Assembly: GCA_001938485.1 (NCBI GenBank)
Contig: MQRK01247653.1
Coordinates: forward strand, 1-57,124
DNA: 57,124 nucleotides
DNA from: Girardia tigrina
Taxonomy: Eukaryota
Direction: 5' to 3'
The position numbers and the translations under genes are program-made. Within the stretch, counting starts at the first letter, position 1, and every line of letters starts with the position of its first letter. Shown here in pieces: positions 1 to 13,268 of the stretch. The notes under the pieces were generated by a model. The model saw only the letters and a list, made by a program, of their open reading frames with translations, was not told the DNA's origin and did no database searches.

Positions 1-622
1 AGAAAATTGGATATTAAAATTTGGAACACCAAGAACAATTCACGTGGATAATGGCAGATGTTTCATTTCAGATAGTTTCAAACAGCTGGGGAAGAAATAT
101 AACTTCTCGATTCAATATTGGAGCCCTTACCATCACCAGGCTAATGGACAGATCGAAAGACAATTCCGGACAATCAGAGACTGGATTTATTGTTGTATAA
201 AGGATAAACTGTTTCGGGATTGGGAAGAGTGCCTCCCACATATAGAATTTACAATCAACGCAACCTTCCAAAAAACGATAAAGAGCAGCCCAGCAGAAAT
301 TATACTGGGAAGACGATTGAACTTGGACCGTTTCATAGACAATGGACTTGATGAAAGAGGGATAGTAATTACGGAAATAGAAGGCAACAGACAACAATAT
401 AAAAATGGAGAAAAGGGAATACCTACCAGACGGGAATTTAACATCGGAGATAGAGTGGATGTGAGGATTGATATCCGACACAAAGACGAAAAGAGATATG
501 ACGGGCCATACGAAGTGATAGAGAGAATTCACGACCGAAGTTATCGACTTCGAAACAATAATGGAACAGAGATTGTTCGAAACGTAGAGTGGCTGAAGCC
601 ACGTCGGGGGGGGGGAATGTGA
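1..622 (+). mobile_element. Ty3/Gypsy LTR retrotransposon integrase C-terminus (element runs off the window start)
   Basis: ORF 44..622 has rve motifs (DNG..F, SPYHHQANGQIER), a GPY-type motif (YDGPYEV) and a terminal 'RNVEWLKP'. It is followed by a polypurine tract at 606-617. Confidence 0.9.
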
Positions 623-948
623 GTTAGGAAATATTGATGTGTGCGAAGAGTAATATGATGAAGAGATATATGACATAATTAACCTATGAGATAATTACTG
701 AGAGTATGATGAGAGTTGTAGTGTGTGATGTGTATGTTGAGTTTGCATGTGAATTTGTTAATGTGTATGTTGAGTATGCGTGTGAATTCACCAATTAGAA
801 AGCTTCAGAAGTCGTGTAATAGTATTGTTGCGTATTTCCCCAGATGACGTGATACAATAACTATAAATGTACGGAGTTGTGTGTTTTAAAATACAAATTG
901 TGATATCGTTAAATTATTTAATTATTAATTATAGTGACAGGACTAACA
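618..948 (+). repeat. 3' LTR of the Gypsy element
   Basis: Starts TGTGAGT immediately after the G-rich PPT and ends ACTAACA (imperfect terminal inverted repeat, TG...CA). TATA-like CTATAAAT near 861. Confidence 0.65.
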
Positions 949-1169
949 ATAGTTTTACATAATTAAATTAATAATTTACTTAATTGGACAATTTATAATT
1001 AATTTTATTAATAATCCATAAACCACTTAAATAATAATTCGTAATTCACTTAAATTTTTTGTCAATATAGATTTCCTATTTTATTTTAATTCAAAATTCA
1101 CTGTATTAATTATTTAGAAAATTTTAGATAATTAATTTCTGTTAATTTATAAATAAAAAAAATAAAATA

Positions 1170-1600
1170 CAGTAGATTCTGTTTTTATGCAGATTTTTTG
1201 TGTGGTTTTGAAATAGACTGTTTTTTTAAAAAATATTATGTAATAAAAATCTAACAGTTCATTGGACGGCTAACAAGAAAACGTGGGTAACTACCGCAGT
1301 TTTCGCAGAGTTTTTTAATCCATATTTTATTCCAGAAGTTAAGAAATATTTGCTAGATAACGATCTCGAGCTCAAAGTGATTTTGCTTATCGATAACGCA
1401 CCATCCGTATATTGAACATCCAAATGTCGCGATACTCTTTCTTCCACCAAATACAACCAGCATTTTCAACCATTGGATCACGGAATCATCTGCAGTTTTA
1501 GAAACATTATGTAAAGTGGACATTTCAGGACATTTTGGACAAGATAGAGAATGAAGAGATGACGTAAAAGTGGTTTTCGAGAAACATTCTTTACTTCAAT
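1170..1600 (+). mobile_element. pogo/Tigger-like DNA transposon remnant (DDE_1 fragment)
   Basis: TA+CAGTAGATTCTG end. Broken reading 'WTANKKTWVTTAVFAEFFNPYFIPEVKKYL..KVILLIDNAPS..FLPPNTT..QPLDHGII'. Confidence 0.8.
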
Positions 1601-3109
1601 ATCTTATGGTAGACCTAATTAGTGCAGCATTATCGTCGAAGACATGTAATATCGTGTTGCTTCTGTTATTTTTGTTAAGATTTAAACCCTTAATATAGTT
1701 TTACGAATGTCTAATAGATTCCTATCGCCCACCGTCTTTACTCTGGAAATTTTTTCCAATATTAAAATTTAATTTAACAAATATTTTCATTATGTCCTCC
1801 CTGTTTGACTGGTTCAAATTGGGAGAGAAATTATCGAAAATGAATAATAATAATATTAAAAAATAATATTAAAATAATAATAATATTAAGACATAGGAAG
1901 ACATGGGAATAATATTACTAATATAGAAAACATTATTATTATTTGCGTATTTCTAGTCAACCAAAATTAGAATCATTCGAGCCGGAGACAACGTTGAATT
2001 TGAACCTTCGTCCGGCTGCTTCCAGTTTTATTGTCGAGCAAATCAAAATATTGAATGAGCGATCGTTTATTTATGATTCTAAGAAAAAAATAATAAACTA
2101 AAATACCATTGCAAACTGTAAATACGGCCGAGATTGCGACAGGTATTATAAGTGTGAAGAATATTTGGTGTGTGGATGTTTTTGTGTAGTGTTTGTATGT
2201 TTAAATGTTGTAGTTTGATTTGGGATTGTGCCTCTCCTAACCAGATGGATTATCAATATTTAATTTCTTATAATCTGAAACTAATTTATTTAAATTTAGA
2301 TTTAATATCCAAATTTTTAATTTTTATTATTACAACTTTTAAATAATTTTATTGATTTTATTTTTGTAAATTTTTGAATAATTAAAATCAAATTAATATT
2401 TAAAAATGACTATAAAAATATTTTATTTCAGCCCATAAAATTTAAAGTAAATATTTTTTAATAAAATAATCTTCTCAAGTATAGTTCAGATGATGATGGG
2501 AGATAATGAAAATTGATTAATGGATCTAAGTGAAAGCAATACTATTGATCATCATAAAGATGATAATAAATGTTCTGTCAAATGTGTGAGTTCTCTTAAC
2601 AACAGGTTTACATAGCAGACAGATTGCCTGACCTGACCTATAGTCAATGGCCTGCGATTTCCCTATCTGTCACACAAATAAGTACTAACGCGGCCGTTGG
2701 TCGCTTGACTTCGGAGATCTGACGAGATCCAACGTACCCAACTGCGGCCATTGACTAGTTTTGTTTTGATCAAATTATTTTATTTGAAAATAAATATTTT
2801 ATGTTAATATTTATTTGATGTCGTATTGAAAAAAGTTTTTAGAATAATTATTTAATGTTTTTTTAAGATATTTTTAAAGGAAATTTTAGTTTATGAAAAT
2901 GTTTTATTTTTTTGTAGTATTTTATGACATTTCAACTAACTCCTTGAAATAATATTAATAACTGGCAGGCGCAACTTGCGGCAATCAATGCAATGAGAAG
3001 TGCTAAGATAAATAAATAAAGAAATATATTATGAAAATAACAAAAAAAGCACAAAAATGTTCCGGTGTACTGCTGCAGCTGAGAAATAAGCAAGCGTCAA
3101 TATGAGCGA

Positions 3110-3628
3110 TCAACTTGGAGACGCAGGAACGACGAGCACGGGTACGTGGACGTGCTGCGCTACATATGTGGACACAGAGCCAATAAAGCTCCTACGGAGT
3201 AAGTTGAGTCCGCGCGTACCGAGCACGACTAGATCAACCCGTTTCTCCTCCGCCGCGTGCACAATGTTAAGATTGGCGCTGCCTAATGTCGTCTCCCAGG
3301 AGCACTTAAGGCCGTGCTTACGGCACCGGTTCATAAACTTGGCCTCGAGAAGGTTGGCCTCTTCTTGGAGCCTGTAACAATTGAGTCGTCACACCAATAC
3401 ACATTTCTTGCCTCACTTCTTCAGCTGGACCGCGTAGTCCCTATCGGCCTTCGCGGGTATTCCCTTCCAGACGGGAGCGGACAGAGCTGCCGACGGACAG
3501 ATGCTGTGGTGGAGGATGATCTCGTCGGTGTGCGGCTGCGCGTAGTGCTCGCGGAACCAACGGAATGCGTCGTCCGAGTAGCGACTACCGTCAATACCGA
3601 TCAGAATCGTTCGTTTGCTCGTCGGCAT
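3110..3628 (-). CDS. Universal stress protein (UspA-like); exons 3628-3417 and 3371-3110, 45-nt GT-AG intron 3416-3372
   Basis: N-terminal 'TILIGIDGSRYSDDAFRW' and C-terminal 'IVHAAEEKRVDLVVLGTRGLNLLRRSFIGSVSTYVAQHVHVPVLVV' are USP signature motifs. Removing GTGAGG...TTACAG joins the two ORFs in frame (..QLKK LQEEANLLEAKFMNR..). Confidence 0.93.
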
Positions 3629-4479
3629 TTCTAAGTAATATAATTTTATTTATATTTATATTGTATTTTATTTTTATTACCAATTTTGTTTTACTTATTG
3701 AAATATTTGAAATTTTAATAAATTATTTTCTTTGAAAAATATTACGTAAATTTTGGCGCAATTTTTTGGGGTTTATTCAAACAAGAAAATTATTATATGA
3801 ATTAATTTGAATTTCATTTTCTTTTTATTTCGAACGAATAAAATTACAAAGAACAAATTCAATTATTATTTATTTTATGCGATTTTATTAATTTGTAACG
3901 ATGAATTTTCATGAAAGTAAAATCAAAAAATAATTAAGAAATATAAAATTCAGAAAATATATCAACAAACAAATAAAACTCTGAGAAAAAACGAAAATAG
4001 TTTTCAAAAAATGCTCGAGCAAATAAACGACTCAAAATGATTTTTAAATTCAAATTTCTATTTCCACTTTTTATTAAAAAAATTCAAGTAAAAATTCATT
4101 TGATGAAAATAGATTTTATTATTAATGCAATATTTACATTTTTATTTTATCTAATTTTCGGTATGAGTAGAAAAATTATAACATTTACTTTCGTAAATTA
4201 AATAATTTATAATTTCCTAATTTAAAATAAATGCAAAGAGAAAATGAAAATCGGAAATGATATAAATAAACAAGTAAAAATATAAAGCAACAAATTGTTT
4301 AAAAAAGACAAGTATCAGCTAAAATCGCGAGTACAATTCGGCATCTAACGCAACAAGTGATATCGATGATTAATTTAACAATGACAGTTTTGTCGTTGAT
4401 GTGCAAAAAAAATTTTCTTTGACTTTATAATGAAACTATATGGATATATATTAAAAAGAAATATGTAAGAAAATATTTG

Positions 4480-5121
4480 AATTATGATAATAGTTCCAGA
4501 AATTATTGTCATCAAAGACAACGAAGAGTTAGAAATCTTTTCATAACAACAAGTGCTTAAGTGGTATGATATTCTTCCAAACCCGTCTACTCTTAAGAAT
4601 GAGTACCAACGATGGAAACATATGTGCGTGGAGAACAAAATTTCTGGAATGGCAATAACTCAACTTCTTCAACAATACGTTGACTCTGTATTCTTCGCAA
4701 ATACTCATGATATATTCATCTTTCTTGTAGTTTTGCCAATTTGGAGTTGCGAAGAGTTCATTCTGTTGTGTATTTCGCATTCACTCATGTCTACGAACAA
4801 CGATGGGAACTGACAGACTGTCTTATTTGTGTGTGATGGGAATGTACTATAATATTTCATCAACTTGTGCCTCAACGGAACAAATATTAAATATGGTCAT
4901 TGTATTAGATCCACGTAAGATGTAAGCACTATAACTTTTTATGACTCAGTTTTGTAGTTTCTATTTATCATGAATATATTGTGTGATTTGGAGTTTTTTT
5001 ATCTATGAAACATGGAATATACTCTAAATTTCGTAAAAATAAATGTAAAAATATTTTAACGCAAAAGAAATATTGTTTCAAATCGTAGCCACCCCCTTCC
5101 AAAATTTTGGATCCACCACTG
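4480..5121 (+). mobile_element. Degenerate hAT transposase C-terminus with 3' end
   Basis: 'EYQRWK..SVFFANTHDIFIFLVVLPIWSCE' plus a shifted 'CLRTTMGTDRL' resemble the hAT dimerisation domain. Terminus-like GGATCCACCACTG ends at 5121. Confidence 0.6.
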
Positions 5122-6273
5122 CATGACAATTTCGTGGACTGTGGAAATTTGCGATACAGCATGTGTATAATCGACATTTCTGAATTTTCATTGGAATTTT
5201 CTCTTGACTTATTTTCGACATGTATATTTTGAATATATTCTTTTTTGAATTGGTGAACGAAACCTGGTGTTGACTATGATCATTGAAAAATTCTTCAAAT
5301 CTTGATTTGCATTTTGTACATTTTGTACAGATGAAATATTCTATTGAATTAAATATATGTTTGCAGTAATTGTAGAAATTACAATTCTAAGAAAAAATAA
5401 ATTAATAAATGTACGGAGCAAAAGTAAAAACTCACAATTTTTGTAATTGGATTTTGAAATAATGACAAAATCCTTCTCAACATCACGAATAAATTACGTT
5501 CGAACAACAAGAGATATGTACGAAGTCGTTATATTGTGGTATCCAGCACCCGAGATCTTAGTGGGGTCCGATCGATACTCTTGCGCGGTATATGTGTGAA
5601 ATATGGCGTGTAGATTTGCAGAAATGATCACCGCAAACCACTCTTCCGCGGAGATTGATGAGCGACAGGCGAATGACGGTAAGCTTAGTTTTTCCGACCC
5701 CTTCGTCCCAGAAACATTGACTACTCAACGCCAGGACCCCGTTACCGTAGTGCACCCGCTCTCACACCAATAAAAAGATGTTTTTCAACGCTAAACATCG
5801 ACCATATAATGATGAAAATTCTAAAAAAAAACAACTACCCATGTACTATAATACCGTTAATAACTCACTTTGACAGTGTATAGTACTTATATAGTATAAA
5901 GGGGAGTGGAAGATATTGGGTTATACGAGTATATATATCTCACATTTTCGAGGCGTCATCGTCGCGGTTCAGGATAACCAACGAAAAATGAGAATAGGTG
6001 CCTTTCAACTAGGGTTTGCAACCCATGAGTGGGTACCTTAAAACCCAATTCAACGAAAAATCTGACAAATATAGAGAACGCTGAGGTCACTCACAAAACA
6101 ATAAGATCTTGGACTAAGTGGTGATTTGTCCAGAATGCCTTTACGCGAGGTTCACGTTTTGGTTTTAAGATCTGTACATGGAATGTGCCTGGGTTAAATA
6201 ATAATAAGAAAGCTTTTAGCGTTCGAAATATTTGATCAAAAATCTTTCTCAGATCCCAGAATAAACACAGATA

Positions 6274-8751
6274 TTGGTTTGTCCAAAAAGTCATTGCGTT
6301 TTTTACTAAAATATTTATTATCAAAAAAGACATGGATGCACAAATATTTTTACACGATATACTGTCCATTATTTTCAATCACTTTCTTCCACCTTTCCGG
6401 TAGCTTCATTATTCCTGATTCATAAAAAAACTTTGCCTTTGTCAGCAAAAATCCGTCTAGGAACGATTTGATGTCATCATCACTGGCGAATGTTTTTCTA
6501 TTTAAGGAATTCTGCAATGATCTAAATAAGTAAAAATCCAATGGGGCCAAGTCTGGAGAATACGGTGGGTGCGGTAAAACCTCCCAACCCAGTGATAAGA
6601 GTTTCTGGCGAGTGGTCAAACTTGTATGCGGCCTTGTGTTATCATGCTGAATTACAACTCCTTTTTGATTTGCCTATTCAGGACGTTCCTGTTGAATTGA
6701 ATGAGTCAATTTCTCTAGCTGACCACAATATATGTCTGAATTGATGGTTTCATTCCTCGGAAAGAGTTCAAAAAACAAAATTCCCTTAAAATCCCACCAG
6801 ACGGAAAGCATAACCTTCTTTTGGTGAATTTCTGCTTTTGGGATCGTTTTGGCAGGCTCACCACGTTTTGTCCATGATCGTCGGCGTTCCATATTGTTGT
6901 AAACAATCCATTTTTCGTCACCCGTAACCAAGCGCTTCAAAAATGGATCACTTTGTTCTCGCTTCAAAAGGGAATCGCAAATGTCTATACGTTTCACCAA
7001 ATGAATTTCTTTCAGTTCATGTGATAACCACATGTCGAGTTTACTGACGATTCCAAGTTTCTTAAAGTGACTTCCAACACTTGATTTTTTTTATTTCCAG
7101 AGTCTCTGCAACATCTCTTGTCGTCATATATGGATTAGATTTGATCAGTGCTGTTATTTTGTCGCCATCAACTTCAACTGGTTAACCGGAACGTGGTGCA
7201 TCTTTCAGATGAAATTTTTAGAACGAAATTTAGAAAACCAGTATTGACACTGTCGAAGTTTTAAAGAGTCACTACCATATACAAAACATATCTTCTTATG
7301 AGCTTGCACAGCGGCTTTCCCTTTGAGAATTAATGTTTTAATTCTTATTATCTAAAAATAAGTAATGTTTAAATTTATTTTTAATTTCATATAATTTTAA
7401 AATTTTAAATAACTTAATTAAGTTTTATAATATTTAATAAATAAATCAAATTAATATTTTTTAAATAATTAATTATCATTTTTAATTATTATCCAATAAG
7501 TTATGAGTGAATATTTTATTTAAATATTTGTTTTCCCATTTTCTAAAAAAGTAATGAGAATTAAACAATTAATCAATTTTCGCTGTGAATGCAAACGTAC
7601 GAAAGTTTTGACAAAGATTATTTTGAGGACAAACAAAATTGTTGTTTAAATAAAAATATAAAAAATCAAATTGGTGTTCTTAATACGAACATTTCTGAAA
7701 TTCTCAAAAAAGTGCTCAAAAATTGATTTTTTCGTACATATCTGAAACCCGTATGATATATGTATGTTGTTTATCATCAAACAATATCTCATGAATCTCC
7801 TAATGTACACAAGTATAATCACAATAATCACATAATAATCGGAAAGAGTTCAAAAAACACAATTCCCTTAAAATCCCACCAGGCGGAAAGCATAACCTTC
7901 TTTTGGTGAATTTCTGCTTTAGGGATCGTTTTGGCAGGCTCATCACGTCTTGTACATGATCGTCGGCGTTCCATATTGTTGTAAACAATCCATCTTTTTT
8001 CACCCGTAATCAAGCGCTTCAAAAATGGATCACTTTGTTCTCGCTTCAAAGGGGAATCGCAAATGTCTATACGTTTCACCAAATGAATTTCTTTCAGTTC
8101 ATGTGGTAACCACATGTCGAGTTTACTGACGAATCCAAGTTTCTTTAAAGGACTTCCAACACTTGATTTTGATATTTCCAGAGTCTCTGCAACTTCTCTT
8201 GTCGTCATATGTGGATTAGATTTGATAAGTGCTGTTATTTTGTCGCCATCAACTTCATCTGGTCGACCGGAGCGTGGTGCATCTTTCAGATGAAATTTTT
8301 CAGAACTAAATTTAGAAAACCAGGTTTGACACTGTCGAAGTTTTAAGGAGTCACTACCATATACATTATGAGCTTGCACAGCGGTTTTCCCTTTGCGAAA
8401 ATAATGCAACAAAACATGACGAATATGCTCATTTTGATTTTTCATTTCCAGTTGACGGTAAAGTAATAAATTACAACAAAATCAATTAATATTTTATGAG
8501 CTTGCACAGCGGTTTTCCCTTTGCGAAAATAAAGCAACAAAACATGACGAATATGCTCATTTTGATTTTCCATTTCCAATTGACGGTTAAGTAATAAATT
8601 AAAACAAAATCAATTAATATTTTGTATAAACAGTCTGAAAATTGAGGTTTCAGAATATATAATTGAATTTAAATTTTATCACATCGTTTTATATTTTCAA
8701 GCTTTTTATTAGGACGTACTCAAAAACGCAATGACTTTTTGGCCAACCCAA
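6274..8751 (-). mobile_element. mariner composite: two tandem partial transposase copies between one pair of TIRs
   Basis: TIRs TTGGTTTGTCCAAAAAGTCATTGCG (6274) and CGCAATGACTTTTTGGCCAACCCAA (to 8751), each flanked by TA. Motifs WLPHEL, VTGDEKW and HPPYSPDLAP. Copy A ~6274-7325 lacks the 5' end; copy B ~7830-8751 lacks the 3' end. Confidence 0.93.
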
Positions 8752-8980
8752 TAGAAAGCAAGCTAATATAAAACATGAAAAAATAATAAATTACAAACTG
8801 AAATTAATTCAGTAACATTTCAGTCAAATTAAAATAACAAATTAAATTGAATTCACTTTTGTTTAAACGCATCAAATATTTATTGAACATTGTTTCACTT
8901 GTTTTGAATTTATTTTCCGTAAAATGCTTTCCCATGATTTCTGATGATTTGTGAGTGATTCGATTGGTCCGCGTATCGAC

Positions 8981-9151
8981 ATGCAGAGCCCGGATGCGTG
9001 CAATCGCGCGGCGACAGCGCGCAGGAGCAAGCACTCGTGGATGCCGATCAATGAGACTGAGGAGAAAGAGCGCTTTTACCAGACAGGACAAGCGCCAGCA
9101 TTCCTCTATAGCGACTCCGCGAGCGCCAATAAATATTTCACTTCGAAAAAA
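8981..9151 (+). CDS. MATCAP-like exon 1 (start uncertain; alternative ATG 8934 with a 74-nt intron 8951-9024 is also in frame)
   Basis: 'WMPINETEEKERFYQTGQAPAFLY' resembles the PxNxxEEKxxF..PxFxY start of the domain. Donor GT at 9152, phase 0. Confidence 0.7.
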
Positions 9152-10149
9152 GTAAAATATTAGAATTTTAATTTTTTTCTTCAAATTTCACCAAAAAATA
9201 GAAAATAATTTTCTCATAATTTATTCATAACTTTTATTTTTATGAATTATAATTTTAAAAAACCATTTTAATTTATTTTATATTTTTTAAAATTTTTATT
9301 ATTTTATTTAATAATATTAAATAAATAAATTGATAATTAAATAAATTCATTAATTATTGCTAAATCATAATAATGACAAATAGAAAATAATAATTTTAAT
9401 AAATGATTTTATAAATTTTTTCCATGGTTTATTTTTTAATTATTTATTATTTTTAAAAATTAATTTTATTTTTTTTGAGATTTTTTCTTTTTTTTAATTT
9501 CAATTTTTTTATGCAATAATATTTAATATTATAAAATAAAAAATGATAAATTATATATAAATAAATAAATAATGATATAATAATAATAATAAAATAAATT
9601 ATTAATTATAACTAATAATTTGAAAATAATAATAAATAAACTATTATAAATAATTTAAATAATTAATGATAAATAATAATAACAATAAACATTGTAGTTC
9701 AATAAATATTTCACATCATAAAAAGTAAAAATTGCAAAATTTTTGATCGATTTTTCTTCAAATTTCACTAAAAATTTACATATAATTTTTTATAATTTAT
9801 TTTTATTATTTACTATTTGAAAAATATCTTTTTATATATCTGAGATTTTTTCTATTTTTTTATTATTTTTAATTTTTTAATTTCATAATATTTTAAAAAT
9901 TATAAAATAAAAATTAATTAATGAATTTAAATCAATAATAAAAATAATAATGGAAAGTAAACACATTAAATTTATATTAATTCAATTCAATTTATTGATT
10001 TTTTTAGGTTTTTGTTTATTACTTTTTTTAAATTCAGAATAAAAATAAATTACAATAATAAATAATCAATAATTAATCATAATAAACATTATAAATCAAT
10101 TAATATCACATCGAAAAATTTTCTATTCGTATTTCTTAAATTTTACCAA

Positions 10150-11150
10150 AAAGGGAGAAATAAATTAATAAATTGTGATTATTTTATTTAATTTAAATCA
10201 ATTTAATAATATAATTATTTTAATAATTATTTAAATATTTTTTATTATTTATTAAATTATTTTAATTATTTTATTTAATTAATTATTTTAATAATTATTT
10301 AAATATTTTTTTATTATCTATTAAATTATTTTAATTATTTTATTTTATTAATTAATTTAATTTAATTGATAAAAGATATAAATAAACTAATAAATTGTGA
10401 TTACTTTATTTAATTTAAATTAATTTATTATTATAATTATTTAATTAATTATTAAATTATTTTATTTATTAAATTAATAATTTATTAATAATGTAATTTA
10501 AATTAATTAATTTAATTTATAAAAGAGAAAAATAAATTAATAAATTGTGATTACTTTATTTAATTTAAATTAATTTAATAATATAATTATTTTAATAATT
10601 ATTTAAATATTTTTTTATTATTTATTAAATTATTTTAATTATTTTATTTAATTAATTAATTAATTAAATTGATAAAAGAGATTAATAAACTAATAAATTG
10701 TGATTAATTAATTTAATTTAAATTTATTTTTTATTATAATTATTTAATTATTTATTAAATTATTTTATTTAATTAAATTATTAATTTATTAATAAGGTAA
10801 TTTTAATTAATTAATTTAATTTATAAAAGAGAGAAATAAATTAATAAATTGTGATTACTTTATTTAATTTAAATTAATTTATTATTATAATTATTTAATT
10901 AATTATTAAATTATTTTATTTATTAAATTAATAATTTATTAATAAGGTAATTTTAATTAATTAATTTAATTTATAAAAGAGATAAATAAATTAATAAATT
11001 GTGGTTACTTTATTTAATTTAAATTAATTTAATAATATAATTATTTTAATAATTATTTAATAAATTATTTTATTTATTTATTTAATTATTAATTTAATTT
11101 TAATTTAATTAAAATTAATTTATTTAATTTATAAAAGAGAGAAATAATTT
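10150..11150. repeat. ~150-bp extremely AT-rich tandem repeat (about 6 units)
   Basis: Anchor AAATTGTGATTA(C)TTTATTTAATTTAAAT recurs near 10171, 10393, 10543, 10696, 10846 and 10996. Confidence 0.85.
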
Positions 11151-11351
11151 TTTTATTATTAATTGTTAATTAAAAATTATTTTCATTTTATTTCAGTTTT
11201 TTTAAAAAAATGACGTACTTATATACTGCCAGTAATGATTATGCAATTATTACGTCATCAACAGAGTGACCTAAATTTTGATCTATAAATTTGACATTTT
11301 TTGACTGAAAAACTTTTTATTTTTATAAAAGAAAACAACTATTATATCGGC

Positions 11352-11640
11352 AGTAAAGAACGCCAGCAAAATAATAAAATTTATTATATAAAATATCGAT
11401 TGGAGTTCGCTAACCGATTAAACTTGGAAATCTTCCCCTTTTATATTAAGGCAATATTATGTAATATTATATAATATGTGCTGGGGTCAGTTGAATCAAT
11501 TGAAATCGACCTTGCAATTGCACATGCCGTTGATGTCATGACATATGAAATCCCCGGGATTCGAACTCCAGTGACGTCATGAGATGTGACATCATTGGAG
11601 TTCAGTATTACTGAATGTAGCGAGGAATGACGTCACCACA
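11352..11640 (-). repeat. Solo LTR related to the LTR at ~56695-56951
   Basis: Shares GGGGTCAGTT..CAATTGAAAT.GACCTTGCAATTGCACAT..GACATATGAAATC..GACATCATTGGAGTTCA..TCACCACA with 56790-56951. No clean TSD. Confidence 0.75.
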
Positions 11641-11799
11641 CAACATCAAGTCACTTTCTTTCAGTTTTTACCAAAAAATTGGAATTTTTCTATTAAAATT
11701 GATTAAAGATAATAGAAAATCAATAGCATTTTTAAAAATATACAAAACAAACAATTACAACAAATTTTTCAATTACTAACAACACTCATCCATTAAAAA

Positions 11800-11838
11800 A
11801 TATATTTCGACGAATCTACCGTCATCTTCAGATCACTG
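11800..11838 (-). ncRNA. Minimal hammerhead-ribozyme-like motif in the inverted PLE pLTR
   Basis: Minus strand reads CTGAAGA T GACGG tagat TCGTC GAAA TATATT. Helix I is weak. Confidence 0.6.
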
Positions 11839-13227
11839 ATCGATAATTAATTCACCTGAATATAAATACAGAAATGATGATTATGTAATCGATTGCATGA
11901 AATCTTGCTCATCAAAAATTCTGAAAATCGAAGGATCATTAGATATGAATAATATGCCTAAATATTGCTCAATTGTACCTTATTCTGAAGGATTTAAAAA
12001 CTTTAAAAATGCATTGTTAAAAGCAACTAACGATGAATTAAATTTAAAAATTGTATCACGATCTCATAAAATTCAAAATATGTTCAGTAATAAATCTATT
12101 ACACCTTTAACACTTTGTTCTGATATTGTTTATGAATATAAATGTAATGGGTGCGATGCCACAATCACAGGAGAGACTGCCCGTCACTCTGTAAACGAAT
12201 TCAAGAACACAGTCGAAAAGAGAGTGAGAGTAATATTGCAGAACACAGGAATGAATGTAAATGTGATGCTAATTTTGATAATTTCAAAATTATGTGTGAA
12301 GCATTGTTGGGAGCGTTAATAAAATATAAAATTTTTGAATCTTATCAAATTAATAAATAAACAATTACATTCCGTAAAATATTGTTATAGATATGTTAAA
12401 ATAAGATTTTCAGAAATGTAATGTAAAAAATTAATTTAGGTAAGAAATAAAATAAATTTTACGGTAGGGTTATTTAAAGATTTATTATAAAGTAAAAAAA
12501 GTTAATTTCAAATTTGATGAAAATATTTATTTGAAATAAATAAAAAAGTAATTTAATTTTGATATTTTATTTGCGAAATAAAAGTAAACTAAACCATTTT
12601 GGTAACTTTTAAATCAAAGTAAATTAAAAATGTGGTTATAATTTTATTTGGGAAAAAGTAATTATATTTTTTTTGGAAATTAAAAAAATAATTGTTAAAC
12701 CATTAACTCGACTTAAATAAAAAATGCGATTTTAATTTTTTGGGAAAATGTAATTGAGAAACAGCTAAATATAAATGTACCATAAAATTGAAAAATTAAT
12801 AAAAGTTTTTTTGTGACACAATTTTAATTCACTATAATTTTTTATTAAAGAAAATATAGAATTTTAATTTGTAAAAAATATACTAACCATATTTTTATTT
12901 ATATCTATTTTTATTTATATTGGTTGTGTAAAAAAGAAAGTACAAAAGTTCCTCAAAAATATTTGTTTAAAAAATTCAAATTGTTATAGAAATAAATTTT
13001 TGTGTTCATGATAATGTCTTTTGATCAAGAACTCAGTAAGCATTGTGACAGTTATTGTGAGAGAGTGTCGTGTGAAGCATTGTTAATTATTTCACGTTGC
13101 CCTAAAATCAATGTTCAATCGGCAGTCTCAACCAGCTTATTTAGAATTTATGATTAGCGTGATATCATGCAATCAATTACATAATCATCAATTTTGTATT
13201 TATATCCAGGTGAATTGATTAGTAATT

Positions 13228-13268
13228 AGTGACCTGAAGATGACGGCAGATTGTCTTGAAATATATTT
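13228..13268 (+). ncRNA. Degenerate minimal hammerhead-ribozyme-like motif downstream of the PLE stop codon
   Basis: CTGAAGA T GACGG caga TTGTC tt GAAA TATATT. Confidence 0.5.

Noticed and set aside
68-676. 202-aa and 98-aa minus-strand ORFs
   Set aside because: Antisense shadows of the integrase ORF with no recognisable motifs.
2690-2760. CTGACGA as a possible hammerhead core
   Set aside because: No downstream helix II plus GAAA. The region looks like an inverted-repeat element (TAGTCAATGGCC / GGCCATTGACTA).
3102-3634. Plus-strand ORFs 3102..3377 and 3314..3634
   Set aside because: Antisense to the USP exons; open only because of high GC.
5545-6200. GC-richer block as possible tRNA, SINE or ncRNA; partial similarity of 5995-6155 to 32510-32640
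   Set aside because: No cloverleaf or clear A/B boxes. Likely an LTR-type repeat, but ends and TSD could not be defined.
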